Source of the DNA: Lytechinus pictus
Lineage: Eukaryota
DNA length: 60,000 nt
NCBI RefSeq assembly: GCF_037042905.1
Contig: NC_087245.1
Coordinates: forward strand, 43,092,001-43,152,000
Direction of reading: 5' to 3'
A model generated the notes under the pieces. That model searched no databases. It saw only the letters and a program-made list of their open reading frames with translations, and was not told the origin of the DNA. The position numbers were made by a program, and so were the translations under genes. Positions 11,901-23,610 of this stretch are shown piece by piece. The stretch's first letter is position 1; every line of letters starts with the position of its first letter.

Positions 11901-13750
11901 AGAGGTGAGGAACAAATTTTATTTTTACTATTTGGCACACACTGTTTCAGACAGATCAAGCAGAAATTAAACAAATACCCAGAGCCTGCTATTAAAAGGA
12001 CAGGACTGAGATTATTTTAGTGATATTACATAAAACACACAGTGGCTCATTGCAAAGGGTTGTAGCACCTGGGCAAAAAGTAGAAATTGCTCTCCTACAG
12101 TATATCTGGGGCACTCCTATGACTCCATGAAAGCCTAGACAAAAATATGACATTTTGTGAAAGAAACTGCAGTAAACTCCTTTCTGGATGGAATTTTTTA
12201 TAGTAAAATTTAAATAATTTGACAAGCCCGCTATAGTGCTCTATAAGTTTGAGTCAGTTAAATCAGCTATATGACACAAAAACTAAGCAATTGTGGCAGC
12301 AAGGGTATTTACACGTCTGAGACGCATAGTGTGTGTGTGTGGGTGAATTTTCGTCTTTTTTAACCCCCAAAATTTGACATTTGAAAACGTGGATCCGTCA
12401 GAAAAATCTGCAAACAGACGTGTTTATTTTGAATCTTCACAGAAAAAATAATCAGTTTTAAGGCTGGTGTCAACCTGTCAATGTTTGAAAAGGTTTTGCT
12501 CTGTAAATCAGCCTTAATTATTATTCCTAGTAAATGAGTGCGTTTGTAATCCTAATAGGAATATGAAGCTATCCATTATGAGACAATATATGACAGTGCA
12601 TTTAGCGGTCAACACAGTGAAGCTACACATTATAACTAAACGCGAACTGCTCTACTTGGTTTGGAATATTGTATGTTTGAATAGGGGTGTACATTTTTCA
12701 ATAAAAATGTTGTTTTTTTTTGGGGGGGGGGGTGTTGACATCATCTTTGGTTTGAAAATTACTCAAATTTGTGACTGAGAATGAGAATAAAAGATAGAAT
12801 TAATTGTTTTGCCTGTCATATATCGTCTCATAACGCAGGCGCGGATCCAGGATTTCTGGGGGGGGTTCAAACTGGGAAAATTTTCTGACAATAATTTGAA
12901 ACCTGACAAGCAAAAAAAAAAGAAAGAAAAAGCTTATCACTCCTTTTTGAAATCTGACAAGCAAAAAAAAAAGTCTTTATTACTCCTTTTTGAAATCTTA
13001 CAAGAAAAAAAAAAAGGTTATCACTCCCTTTTTTCCCCCGCTCGCCCCCCCCCCCCCCCCCCCGTATCCGCGCCTGTCATAATGGATGGACGTACATTAC
13101 AAATGATAGTACTGTTCCGTAGTGATTACTAAAAAACCTGAGAAATTAATTTAAAAAAAAATTTCTTTGAAAACTGTTCTGGAGGAAAATATGTTTCAGT
13201 GAGAATTGAGTTCAACGAATATTGGCATGTATAGCTGCTGGCTGTATTTCCCTGCATTTATCAGAACTTAGTCTGGCATTCAGTATAGCCCTCCGCTTCA
13301 CAACCCTCACTACATTTGCCTGTTTTACTAAGATTGAAATGATGCACTAAATATTCCCTCCTTCATTTGTGGATGGTTCTGCTATCTCACTTGTCACCAA
13401 TTTTATTTGTATTTCATATGCAGATTGGTACAAACATACCAGGCTTCTTGGACCAGCAGACTCAAACACAACCGTTTGTGTTAATTCAAGGTGAAATTGA
13501 CAAACCAGAACAAGTGTTTGTTGTTGTGGAAAATAGCACCATCCCATGTACAAGTCTCCTGAAAGGAATTGATATATGCATGAAACTAGTGTATATCCTT
13601 GATATGGATTATGCTTGGCAATGTCAACATGTTTGGGACTTTCTGCAGAAGAATGTTTACAAACTTGGGCAGGTGAAAGGTAGAGGTACCTCAGTTCCAG
13701 CAGTAACACTTCTCAAAACCTATCTAGAAAACAAGGTAAAAGAAGTTTAG
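5995..13750 (+). CDS. SAMD3-like accessory gene of the CACTA element. Exons 5995-6279, 6948-7087, 7953-8037, 8462-8630, 9516-9700, 10177-10324, [exon not found], 13424-13750
   Basis: GT-AG boundaries with matching phases across the first six exons. Motifs AKCIVTQFPAL, WF...SGYIEMRLRNVR, WMRDT...FPRLID, VDQDFRILFP and terminal QPFVLIQG...YILDMDYAWQCQHVWDFLQ. Start codon and penultimate exon unresolved. Confidence 0.75.
6030..6255 (+). repeat. Coding tandem repeat, ~3 copies of a 66-69 bp unit (EDIPSTSNSS...KPP)
   Basis: Repeated GAAGATATCCCAA...CAGCAACTC units in frame with the 5995-6279 exon. Confidence 0.85.
12836..13076. mobile_element. hAT-type MITE
   Basis: TIRs CAGGCGCGGATCC / GTATCCGCGCCTG; 8-bp TSD TCATAACG / TCATAATG. 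Confidence 0.85.
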
Positions 13751-13994
13751 GGAGGCATATGTTTGTACAACACATTTAGGTGAATTGGTGTATTTAAGCC
13801 TAATGGATGTACCTATAGTGTTCTGATTTTTGTAGCTTTAAGAAGTGGTAATCTTTGATAGGTAAATAACTTGCATCATTTGTGAAGACAAATCCATGCA
13901 CTCACAGTTAGTGATTTGTTGATACTTTCTTAACCAGACAGCAATTACAACCAACATCAAAGTAGGAGTGCATTGATTTGTCTAATTTTAATTT

Positions 13995-14115
13995 CAGTGC
14001 CATAATGTTTGGGATTTCTTAATTGCAAACGAATGTATACACACTGTGACAGGGGAAAGGCAGAGGTACCTCAATGCCAGCAGTAACGCGTCTTGTAGAA
14101 AACAAAGTAGAAGAA
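13995..14115 (+). pseudogene. Decayed partial duplicate of the SAMD3-like last exon
   Basis: ATGTTTGGGATTTC...GAAAGGCAGAGGTACCTCAATGCCAGCAGTAAC...AGAAAACAAAGTA matches 13620-13745. Confidence 0.8.
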
Positions 14116-14739
14116 TGATATGAAAGTAGGCTTTTTCTTTTGAGAAATGAATGTTGTGCTACAAACACTACTTCTCAATATATTCAGGTATGCTGTAGGT
14201 GTGCATTTTGTATCTAACTGTGTATAATTTTACCAAATTTAGGTGTGCTGAAAATCGCACACCTCAAGACTATTTTAGGTGTGCTATCGAACTTGTACGC
14301 CTCAAATGAAAAAGCCTGATGAAAGTTTAAACTTCAACAAGTACTACATAAGTACTACGCTCACCTGGAACATTTTCACTAGTCCAACATATTAGCGCAG
14401 TGATACCTGTCTAAAAACGGCAACCTCATCTGGTATAACATCATAAAAGATTACATCATGAAAACATTACAATGTTGCTCCACCTGGCCCCTTGGGTAAA
14501 AGAAAATTGAAAAGATGTACATATTGTTTTTTGTATGATGTCATACCAGTTGTAGACAGGTATCACAGCACCTCTGTCTGCAGAAGATTAGCGTAAAACT
14601 TATTAACTAGTGTTGAAGTTCAAACTTCGTATTATGTTAAATATCACTACGTATGAATATCTACTCGGATATAAGATTATAAAAAGTGTAGGAAGGCATA
14701 TCTTTTCGCAGCACATTTATGTGATTTATCTTTTAAAAA

Positions 14740-14930
14740 CTGATGCTTGTCAGTGCCAACATGTTTGGGATTTTTTACTGGGCAGGGAAAAGACAGCGGT
14801 ACCTCAGTGCCAGCAATAACAGCCTATATATAGAAACAAGGTAAAGAGGTTAAAGTGCGTAGCCTACTGGGTTGTATATATGTGTTAGGGTTTTTGTAGC
14901 TTTAGAAGTATTTATCATAAATAGGTAAAC
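14740..14930 (+). pseudogene. Second decayed duplicate of the last exon and adjoining 3' sequence
   Basis: Translates CQCQHVWDFL; GGTACCTCAGTGCCAGCAATAAC and TTTTTGTAGCTTTA...TAGGTAAA match 13610-13870. Confidence 0.8.
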
Positions 14931-15899
14931 AACATGAAATAACAGAGAGAAATGTGGAGGCAAGCACATTGTGCAAATGCCAACATTTAAAGAAAGAATG
15001 CAACCAAAAGTAACAAGTTTTGTTTACCAGCATAAGTAGACAAAACTTGTTTTCATTTGAAAATTGGGCTGGAAGTATTAAAGAAGCGAGTATTGGACCA
15101 TTCTCATAACTGGCAAGTTCAAAAGAAATTTTTGTTTTCTAAAAATCTCACAATATTGCTTGAAATTGTTGTACAGATGTATAGATACAGATTTTTTTTT
15201 TTCAGATTGGTCAAATTCAGTGAATTAAGGGTGAAAATCAATCACAAATGTCAACAATTTTCTTGTGCAATAATGTTCTTGCACCCAAACCCCTACTTGT
15301 GAAGTCAAGTGGGTAAGTCATTCAAGTTGTATTTTTAAGGAGGTAGGGCAACCAAAACAAAAATTTAGCATGTTTTATGCGCTGTCTCAAAATATCACCT
15401 CTTTTTTTTTAGAAAAATGAGATATGCATCTTAAAGCAAATTATCTGAAAACCTAAAAATGACATTGATATTCATATTCAGGCCAAATCAGTGATTTTTT
15501 TTGAAAAACTCACATGATTTAAATCATGATTTAAATCGACATGATTTAAATCAAACAACCCTGGATGGGTTCTTCATGAGAAGTAGATTACAAATTTCTC
15601 AGGATGGCAATTGAAAGTTTGTATTGCTCACACCAAAGAGAAACCATAAATTCTAAATTTAAAGACACTTTTAAAAATGCAGCTGTTGAATGCCAGTAAA
15701 TCAGGACTCAAACCAGAGAAACCGTTCGATTTTGTCGCCGCCTCAGAAAAAAATATCTCAAACTTTTAACATTTTAACATTTAAAAAATGTTAAAATTTT
15801 AACATTAAAATTTATCATTTTAACATTTAAAAAATGCAAAATCTGGTTTTAGCTAATCTCAAGCATGTAACTTTATACAACCTATTCCTTTGTCCTTAA

Positions 15900-16494
15900 A
15901 GGGCAAGTCCACCACAACAAAAAGATGATTTGAATAAAAAGAGAAATATCAAACCAGCATAACGCTGAAAATTTCATCAACATTGGATTTAAAATAAGAA
16001 AGTTATGACATTTTAAAGTTTCGCATAATTTCACAAAACAGTTATATGCACATCCTGGTCAGTATGCAAATGAGGGAACTGATGTGGTCATCCACTCGCT
16101 ATTTCTTTTGTATTTTTATTATATGAAATATGAAATATCGTAATTTTTTTCTATATTACAAGTTTTAAAAGGGCTTGACTCCTTCCTACATGTGGGGAAT
16201 CCACTTCTGCAACATACTGCAATTAAACAAAGAGCTCCCTTATTGACAAAACTACAAAATTTGAAAATATTCTATATTTCATATAATAAAATACAAAAGA
16301 AATAGTGAGTGGGTGACGTCATCGGTCCATGCTGACCAGGATGTGCATATAACTGTTTTGTGAAATTAAGCAAACTTTAAAATTTCATAACTTTCTTATT
16401 TCAAATCTGATTTTGATGAAATTTTCAGCGTTATGCTTGTTTAATTTTTTTTCTTTTGATTCAAATGAACTTTTTGTTGGGGTCGACTTGCCCT
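15900..16494. mobile_element. Kolobok-type foldback MITE
   Basis: TTAA|AGGGCAAGTC ... GACTTGCCCT|TTAA with long inverted arms. Confidence 0.85.
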
Positions 16495-17034
16495 TTAAAA
16501 GGATATGTTAACCTAGAGCTGTGAATGCTTTGTATACCAGATGTAGCTCGAGAATTGCAAACCCTATTTTTGTGGAAACAATTCTTACTATGAGAAAGCT
16601 TTACAATGGCTTAAAGGCATTGGTCAACATGGTGTTCAATTTTAAAAATCTGAGCTGCATGTTCTTACATGTATGCTATCAGGATGTCTATTGGAATATA
16701 GAAATGAACCTGAGGGGGGGGGATGCTTGAAGTTTTATCATTTACAGAAAAAACTTTTTAAAATTGGATAACTTCAACTTATCATCCCATGACTACTGTG
16801 CAGGAATTATTGTCTTACACTACATAATAAACATAATGTTCATAGATCATGTCTTGATAGTGAATATGTGACTTTCTTTTGTTTTTACTTATGTAATATA
16901 CCTTTCTATAATTTGTTATGTTTTTTATATTGTTAATGTTACCAATTCCTGAATTTGGTGTTGCAATAAAATGTGTTATATGTGAAAGCTAACACTGATG
17001 ATTCTCCTGTTTTCTTTATGTGTGTATGACAATG

Positions 17035-17353
17035 ATTCTATTCATTTTGAACAGGATTCTATTCATTCTTGAATAGAAAGACTACTCATTCTTGAATAGG
17101 AATACTATTTAACTTTGAATAGGGTATATTCCAATTAAACAAGAGGATGAAACTGATTCTATTCATTTTTAATAGGATTCTATTCATTCTTGAATAGGAA
17201 AACTATTTAACTTTGAATAGAATACATATTCATTTATTTGAATAGATTTTCCTCTTCATTTTGAAGAGAACCTTGTAAGTGTCCCTCGGAAGAGGTTTTC
17301 TATTCAAATCTGAATAGATTCTATTAAAAAATGAAGAGGTTTTTTTTAGAGTG
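17035..17353. repeat. Right subterminal repeat array and terminus of the CACTA element
   Basis: Many direct and inverted CTATTCATT / TTGAATAG units ending in AGAGTG. Confidence 0.85.
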
Positions 17354-17439
17354 TACTTAACATATTTCAACTCGGAAATCGAACTTTCATTTGTAAGTGT
17401 TCTGTAATTTTTTTTTTATTGTCTGAAGATTAACATTTT

Positions 17440-18352
17440 CTGCTCTCGCTGCGCGCTCACAAAATTTGATTTGTCAGGTACCTATTATTTTTCTGTATTC
17501 TATTTAAGTTATCAAAATATCCCTATTCATGTCAGATTGTAAAAACGTATTAGCTAGCACTGCACGCTCGCATTTTGATTGGTGAGTTATGAAAATTTTA
17601 ATATTAATTAATTAATTCGCGCTCTGATTAGGCTTATTTGATTAATAAATTTAATGATAAATTGTCCCTTTTTTTCAGAATGGAATATCGAAAAGTTTCA
17701 TCTCGCGCTTTGATAGGAAGATAAATAGGAAGACAATCATAATTTTCATATGATGGAATAATGTCCTTAAAATGTTCCGGTTCTATGTCAAAACTCAAAG
17801 AAATAATAATGAAACATGTCAGTTCCTTTTTAACTTTGATCAATATCCACTCACAATTTTCCTACAAATCTCAAATTTTCTGCTTGCGCTTCGCGCTCGC
17901 TTTAATTGTTTAGTTTTATATCTAACTTTTTCATGATTACAAAAATTGTTTAAGGTGTATTATATTTTTTGTTACATTTCAGTTTGAATCTAGTCCTAAT
18001 AAATGCTTATTATTACAGCGCTTTACTACAAGTCTAAACTTTTCAGAAATCTAAACCTTAAACGCTACGCGCTCGCATATCAGTGCCAAATGGGTTACGC
18101 CAACGATCACGCCAATAAAAGAAAATTATGTATACGCATATCTTTTTTTATCACAAATTCACTTTGAAATATAGTTTAATTTCCAGAGCCCAAAAAAGAA
18201 GCTTCCAACAATTTTCACTGCTTGGACTCCCCCTTGAAAGAAACCAACAAAAATAAGCTTTGCGCGGTATTTTTATTTATTTATTTTTTTTTTTGGGGGG
18301 GGGGGGACATTTCGCGTCCTCTCTCTGTATTGACGAAAGCTGGATCCGCCCT
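17440..18352. mobile_element. Fragment of a hAT-like non-autonomous element with recurring CTCGCGCTTCGCGCTCGC motifs
   Basis: Degenerate motif every ~100-170 bp; ends GGATCCGCCCTG. The same motif family recurs at 41480-41600 and 42130-42690. Confidence 0.55.
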
Positions 18353-19693
18353 GATAAAAACGATCCCCTTTTAAAGCTCGTAATTCACGCTAGTCTGATA
18401 CTTACCCTCTCGATGACTTTTAAATATTTTGGCTGTAACTAAATCGAGTATAACATCTGTTCTATGAAACGTGATATTGTAACATTTATATTAAAGATGC
18501 TTATGAACAAATCATATTTGGTTTACATATTATAAAGCGCCTTCTCATATTCCAATTTACCTTAAACGTAAGTATTTCATTTTCAAACGAAATCTATGAA
18601 AAGGGTACAGTTAGGCTTTCATTTTGATGCCAAATAGTCTCATAATGGGGATTAGTTGCAAACACGGTTTTTGAATAGAAGACACAACGGGGAAGATACA
18701 AGTATGAAGACAGTCACCCGCGCTGACAAAGTGATAATCTCCCATTGAAATACCCCCACGAATCAAGAGGTCATCTTTCTATTGAAATCCGCCACCAGTC
18801 AGACCACCTCTATGTTCAAGAATATAGGGTAATCTCCCCAATCAAGAATGGGGTAAGAATGGGGTAATTTAAATCTACCTTGATAATGTGGTAAGCCGTT
18901 AAATACAGCTTGCAATGCGCTGGCCCATGCCATTTTTAATGTCCGGCTTTCGGGAATTAAAATGAGCATCAAATGGGTAGTTTTCTTGTTCTCGTTTTGT
19001 CCCCATACTAGAACCTTGATTTTGTTTCTTTTCGTAATGTGCATTTTGATATGGTTTCCATTATATTTCTCAACATTTCGACATTTAATGTAGTTTAATA
19101 CTTGCCTTTATAAAGAGCAATATTACATAAAACCTGTTTGGCGAAGCAGATTATAACATAACGTTCGACTGATATTTTATCAACACATTTTTAATTAACC
19201 ATTTAACTTCCCTCTTTATAGGTTTACTCTTAATGTGAACATTCGAGTTATATTCTTTGCCTACCATCTCTCTGTGCATTTTAATAACCAAATATATTTG
19301 GAAAAGGGGTGTTTACCAGGCTAACATGAAGGTCCTCACTTGTGTAAGAACGACATATTCTCATTAAAATACATGCTGTGAGTTTCAAAGGGGCACATTT
19401 TGTTTAAAAATGGCATATTTACATTAACAAAATTGATAATGGCTCTCAAGGGGGTGGGGCGCACGGGCCGGATCCCCCCCCCCCCCCCGGATTCACTACA
19501 TAACTGTACCCTCAAGGTGCAGAATATAGACCCACTGACTTCTTTCAGTAGATGTCACAAAATAGACCACAATACTTTTGAGAGCCTAACTATTGTTCAA
19601 AATAAATACGGCGCCTAAATTGGATTGTATTGTGTTACTCCGGCAGGATCCGCACCAGCATGCACTTCATCCTTGTTGATCTAGTATGCCAAA

Positions 19694-19843
19694 TACCTCG
19701 GTCGCGTTTATTCTAAGGCGAGTCGAAAACAGTCGTTTTAACAGTTTTCGTACCAGCTAAATATAGGAGGTTTGAATAAAATGAATAAAACGGCTGTTTT
19801 CGACTCGCCGTATGGCCGCCGTAGAGCAAATGTGACCGAGGTA
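19694..19843. mobile_element. Small foldback MITE
   Basis: TACCTCGGTCGCGTTT... / ...AAATGTGACCGAGGTA, with inner arms GGCGAGTCGAAAACAG / CTGTTTTCGACTCGCC. Confidence 0.7.
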
Positions 19844-20707
19844 TTACCATTTCCTTTACGTTTATTGATTTTTTGTGCATATTTAAATATGCGAGCTATA
19901 CAGAATGCAGCTATATACGATTAAGAGGTGAAGTACAAAGTTGGAAGGAAACTAGACCAACAAGGCTTTCGTATTACTAACTTTACGTCGGTAAAATATG
20001 TTTACCTTAGACACTGGGAATCTAATTTGCAATATTTTGACACACACACACATTGAAGATTAATTCAGATATTTGATAGGAAGAAGAAATCGACGGCAAT
20101 ATACACGTATTGTACAAGTCAAACGTGAATGTTAAAAAAGACTAGGCTTAGAAAAGATTTAAAAACTGGAAAGATGTAGAACTGGAAAAATGAAAGAGGG
20201 GATCACCATGCATAAAATCATGGTACTTGTGAAGGCCTGAGCCCCAGACCCCCTTCGGTTCTGTGGCTCCTGGATGGTAATCAAGAACACTAGGTCACAC
20301 AGTACTCGACATCACAGGGGAAATTTATGTAAGAGAATAAAGACGGATCCCAGGTAAAAAGATAATATAGGTTTTCCTGTCCAATATCATGTCGGAGTCA
20401 CTTAAATGTGTTAATTTGCATTTTAATGCACGCAATATTTTTCATCGGTCATTCAAAGTTTAGAATAAGATTCATTAGAAGACGCTATAATTTCTCTATA
20501 AACACTAAACTTAATTCATGGTCAAGACTACCTCAATTTTGATAATTTCAATATTTGATTTTTAAGTGCTTTTGATTTCGTTCGAAGGTAAAGATGTTTG
20601 TAACGGTCCTACAAAGTAACGAAAGTTCTTTTTGTTCTGAATTTCGGGCAATGAAACTCAAGAATAATGCATTTAAGCTACAATGACCGATATGACTGCT
20701 TGAACAT

Positions 20708-21028
20708 CAGTGGCGTACCTAGGATTTTCCACAGGGGGGGGGGGGGCAAAATCGGCCGGCCAAAAAGTTGACAAGCAAAAAAAATAATTAAAATAAATAA
20801 ATAAATTTTAAAAAAAGGTCTTCAATAAAAAATGTTAGGTTTTCGTAACAAAAAAAAATGGACAAGCAAAAAAAAAAAAAAAAGGGTCTTCAAGCTCGTC
20901 AGGGGGGGGGGGGGGGGAGCAAAAAAGGTCTTTTAAGCTCATCAGGGGGGCATGTATATATCTTTAGTATGGGTTGTGGCTCATCAGGGGGGGGGCAGAG
21001 TGCCCCTCCCCCCGTAAGTACGCTAGTG
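20708..21028. mobile_element. hAT-type MITE
   Basis: CAGTGGCGTAC ... GTACGCTAGTG flanked by a perfect 8-bp TSD TTGAACAT (20700-20707, 21029-21036). Confidence 0.85.
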
Positions 21029-21899
21029 TTGAACATCCAATTTAATTTTTAAAGTTCAAATTAATGATACTTTATTCGTTTGTTTTGCACGGCATCTGTA
21101 TTATGTGTGAATATATAAGTTTCTAACATAACTTAATGTTTAAACATATGTATAATAAGAGTAAAATTGTTGTGCACTGTAGCTAAATTAGATATAGGCC
21201 TATGTTTAGCTAAAATATGAATTTCAACGATGCCCTTAGTTTTCTTTTTTTCCCCATAAAAAACGCTTGCATTTTATGCGTTTATTATTTTTTGTCACAG
21301 TAGCGTTTCAATGTAGAAATTTAAATGCCATCATTTTGGGACCCATGTATGATTTATATTGGATCTTTTGCGAAGGGTTTTGCATTTCGTTTACAAAGAT
21401 GTTAAGGACAATTCCATATTTTTCCTTTTCACCCGACAATGCTGACTGTGTGGGCTCAGTGTGATGAAAAAAATCTTACCCGCGCCTGAATACTTACTTT
21501 TAGAAAGTCAATATCTTAACGGTATATTCTTCAAAATAAAACAACATGCTCGTGCTAAAGGGCTAAAGCTTTATTTTTCTATTAAAGAAATGAAATCTAA
21601 ATCTAATTGAACTTTGTCATATGCTGAAACCCGAAACGGAAAATTATCAAAATAAATTGTGAAAGCGTATCTTTGGAAGATATATACCCCACTGGACTAG
21701 GCACACCGATACAAGGACACAATTACGATATTCAGATCAGTGAATAGAGATCGGGTATTGAATAGTTTGCCTAAAATGCCGATATCGTGGACATAGAGGG
21801 CGCTCATGCAAAAACATTTTATCGGAGAGCCAACCGGGGGGCGTCAAAAGAAAAGATAAAAGCGCACGCTTCCGTTTTCTACGGAAGCTTAGACGTGCC

Positions 21900-22800
21900 C
21901 CCAGAAGACAAGATGAGAAGACGAGAAAAAGAGTCAAGATGACAAGAAGACGAGGAAAGAAGACAAGAATACGAGATCCTCAATCTTGTCAAGTCGACTT
22001 ATTTAGGATGAGAAGGCGAGATGACAAGATCCATTATCTCGACATGTCGACTTATTTTGGATGAGAAGATGAGAAGACAAGATCCATTATCTCGACATGT
22101 CGACTTATTTAGGATGAGAAGGCGAGATGACAAGATCCATTTTCTCGTCATGTCGACTTATTTAGGATGAAAAGATGAGAATGCGAGATCCATTTTCTCG
22201 TCATGTCGACTTATTTAGGATGAGAAGGCGAGATGACAAGATTCATTATCTCGACATGTAGACTTATTTAGGATGAGAAGATGAGAAGACAAGATCATCA
22301 ATCTCGTCAAGTCGACTTCGTCAGGACGAGAAGATAAGAAGACAAGATCCTCAATCTCGTCAAGTCGACTTATTTAGGATGAGAAGACAAGAAGACAAGA
22401 TCCTCAATATCGTCAAGTCGACTTAACTAGGACAAGAAGAGAAGAAGGCGAGATCCAGGATCTCGTCAAGTCGATTTATTTAGAACGAGAAGTTAAGAAG
22501 ACAAGATACAGAATCTCGTCAAGTCTACTTCGTCAGGATGAGAAGATGGGAATACGAGATCCATTTTCTCGTCATGTCGACTTATTTAGGATGAAAAGAT
22601 GATAATACGAGATCCATTTTCTCGTCATGTCGACTTCGTCAAGACGAGAAGACAAGAAGACAAGATCCAGGATCTCGTCAAGTCGACTTCGTCAGGATGA
22701 GAAGATGAGAAGACAAGATCCTCAATCTCGTCAAGTCGACTTTGTCAGGACGAGAAGATAATAAGACATCTCGTCAAGTCAGCTTGTTGGTGACTAGAAT
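21900..22800 (+). repeat. Left subterminal array, ~15 copies of a 53-bp unit
   Basis: Unit GTCGACTTATTTAGGATGAGAAGGCGAGATGACAAGATCCATTATCTCGACAT; GTCGAC at 21993, 22046 and onward. Confidence 0.95.
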
Positions 22801-23489
22801 ACAAGATGACGAGTTGGTAAAACTCGGCAAGTCAACATGTTTGTGAAAAGACGAAAAGATTAGTCGAGTTGTAGAGAATGGGTGTACCGGTACGTACGTA
22901 CCGTACCATGTGCTCATACCGCGTATACCATGTATAGGATCATCGATCGTCAGTGCAGCTAGCTCGCAAGCTCAACTCAAGTCTTTGGCGCGTGTTTTGG
23001 ATAAATTGGAAACAAGCAGAAGATAAATTAAAACAATGTAAGTGTATTTTCAAATGTTTAATTAAATTTTACTCATAATTACCGTACATATTCTTTGTTC
23101 CTATTGTCAGTGTCTTTATTACCAGGGGCCGAAATTTATGCACTAGCGGAGTTGAGATCTTACTTAGATATCAAGTTAACGTTAGGCCTATATAGGGCCT
23201 AGACTAGAATTGATAGGCTTAACGTTAGCCTAACTTGATATCTAAGTTAGATTTCAACTAACCCAGGGAGCTACGCGGGCCGGAGCTCCCTGGGATAGAT
23301 CTCAACTAAAATTAGGGCCTAAAGTTAGTCATTAGTTTAGGCCTGCACTGTTACTAGACCTACTTACCGTACCTAGTTTAGCACATACCGTACGGTAAAC
23401 AAGGTCTAACTTTTACTTTTAGTCCTAAAGTTATTCTAACGTTAGCCTAACGTTAGCTATATCTAACTTTTTCAAATTTTGCATAGAAT

Positions 23490-23610
23490 ACGTAAGACTA
23501 AGACATGGAATAGCCTAAATAATGTAGTTGTCACTGCCCCAAGTGTGCACAATTTTGAAGCTGCCCTGGATAGATGCTGGAAAAATGAGCCAATAATATA
23601 TGACTACGAA
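23490..23610 (+). mobile_element. CR1/L2-type LINE 3' fragment
   Basis: Translates TWNSLNNVVVTAPSVHNFEAALDRCW, resembling the CR1 ORF2 C-terminal motif. Confidence 0.65.

Larger units (their letters stand above)
1..17353 (+). mobile_element. CACTA/EnSpm (CMC)-type DNA transposon, right portion (left end outside window)
   Basis: Transposase ORF plus downstream spliced SAMD3-like gene. Ends in a subterminal array of CTATTCA/TGAATAG motifs and ...TTTTTTTAGAGTG at 17353 (reverse complement CACTCTAAAAAAA). Confidence 0.85.

Noticed and set aside
21737..21937. Short ORFs overlapping the TIRs (also 49818-50126)
   Set aside because: They cross the element boundary and translate repeat sequence.
21900..22800. 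Regular repeat arrays (also 48930-49980 and 50143-50640) as CRISPR arrays
   Set aside because: Units are contiguous with no unique spacers, there are no cas genes, the context is eukaryotic, and the arrays are mirrored transposon ends.
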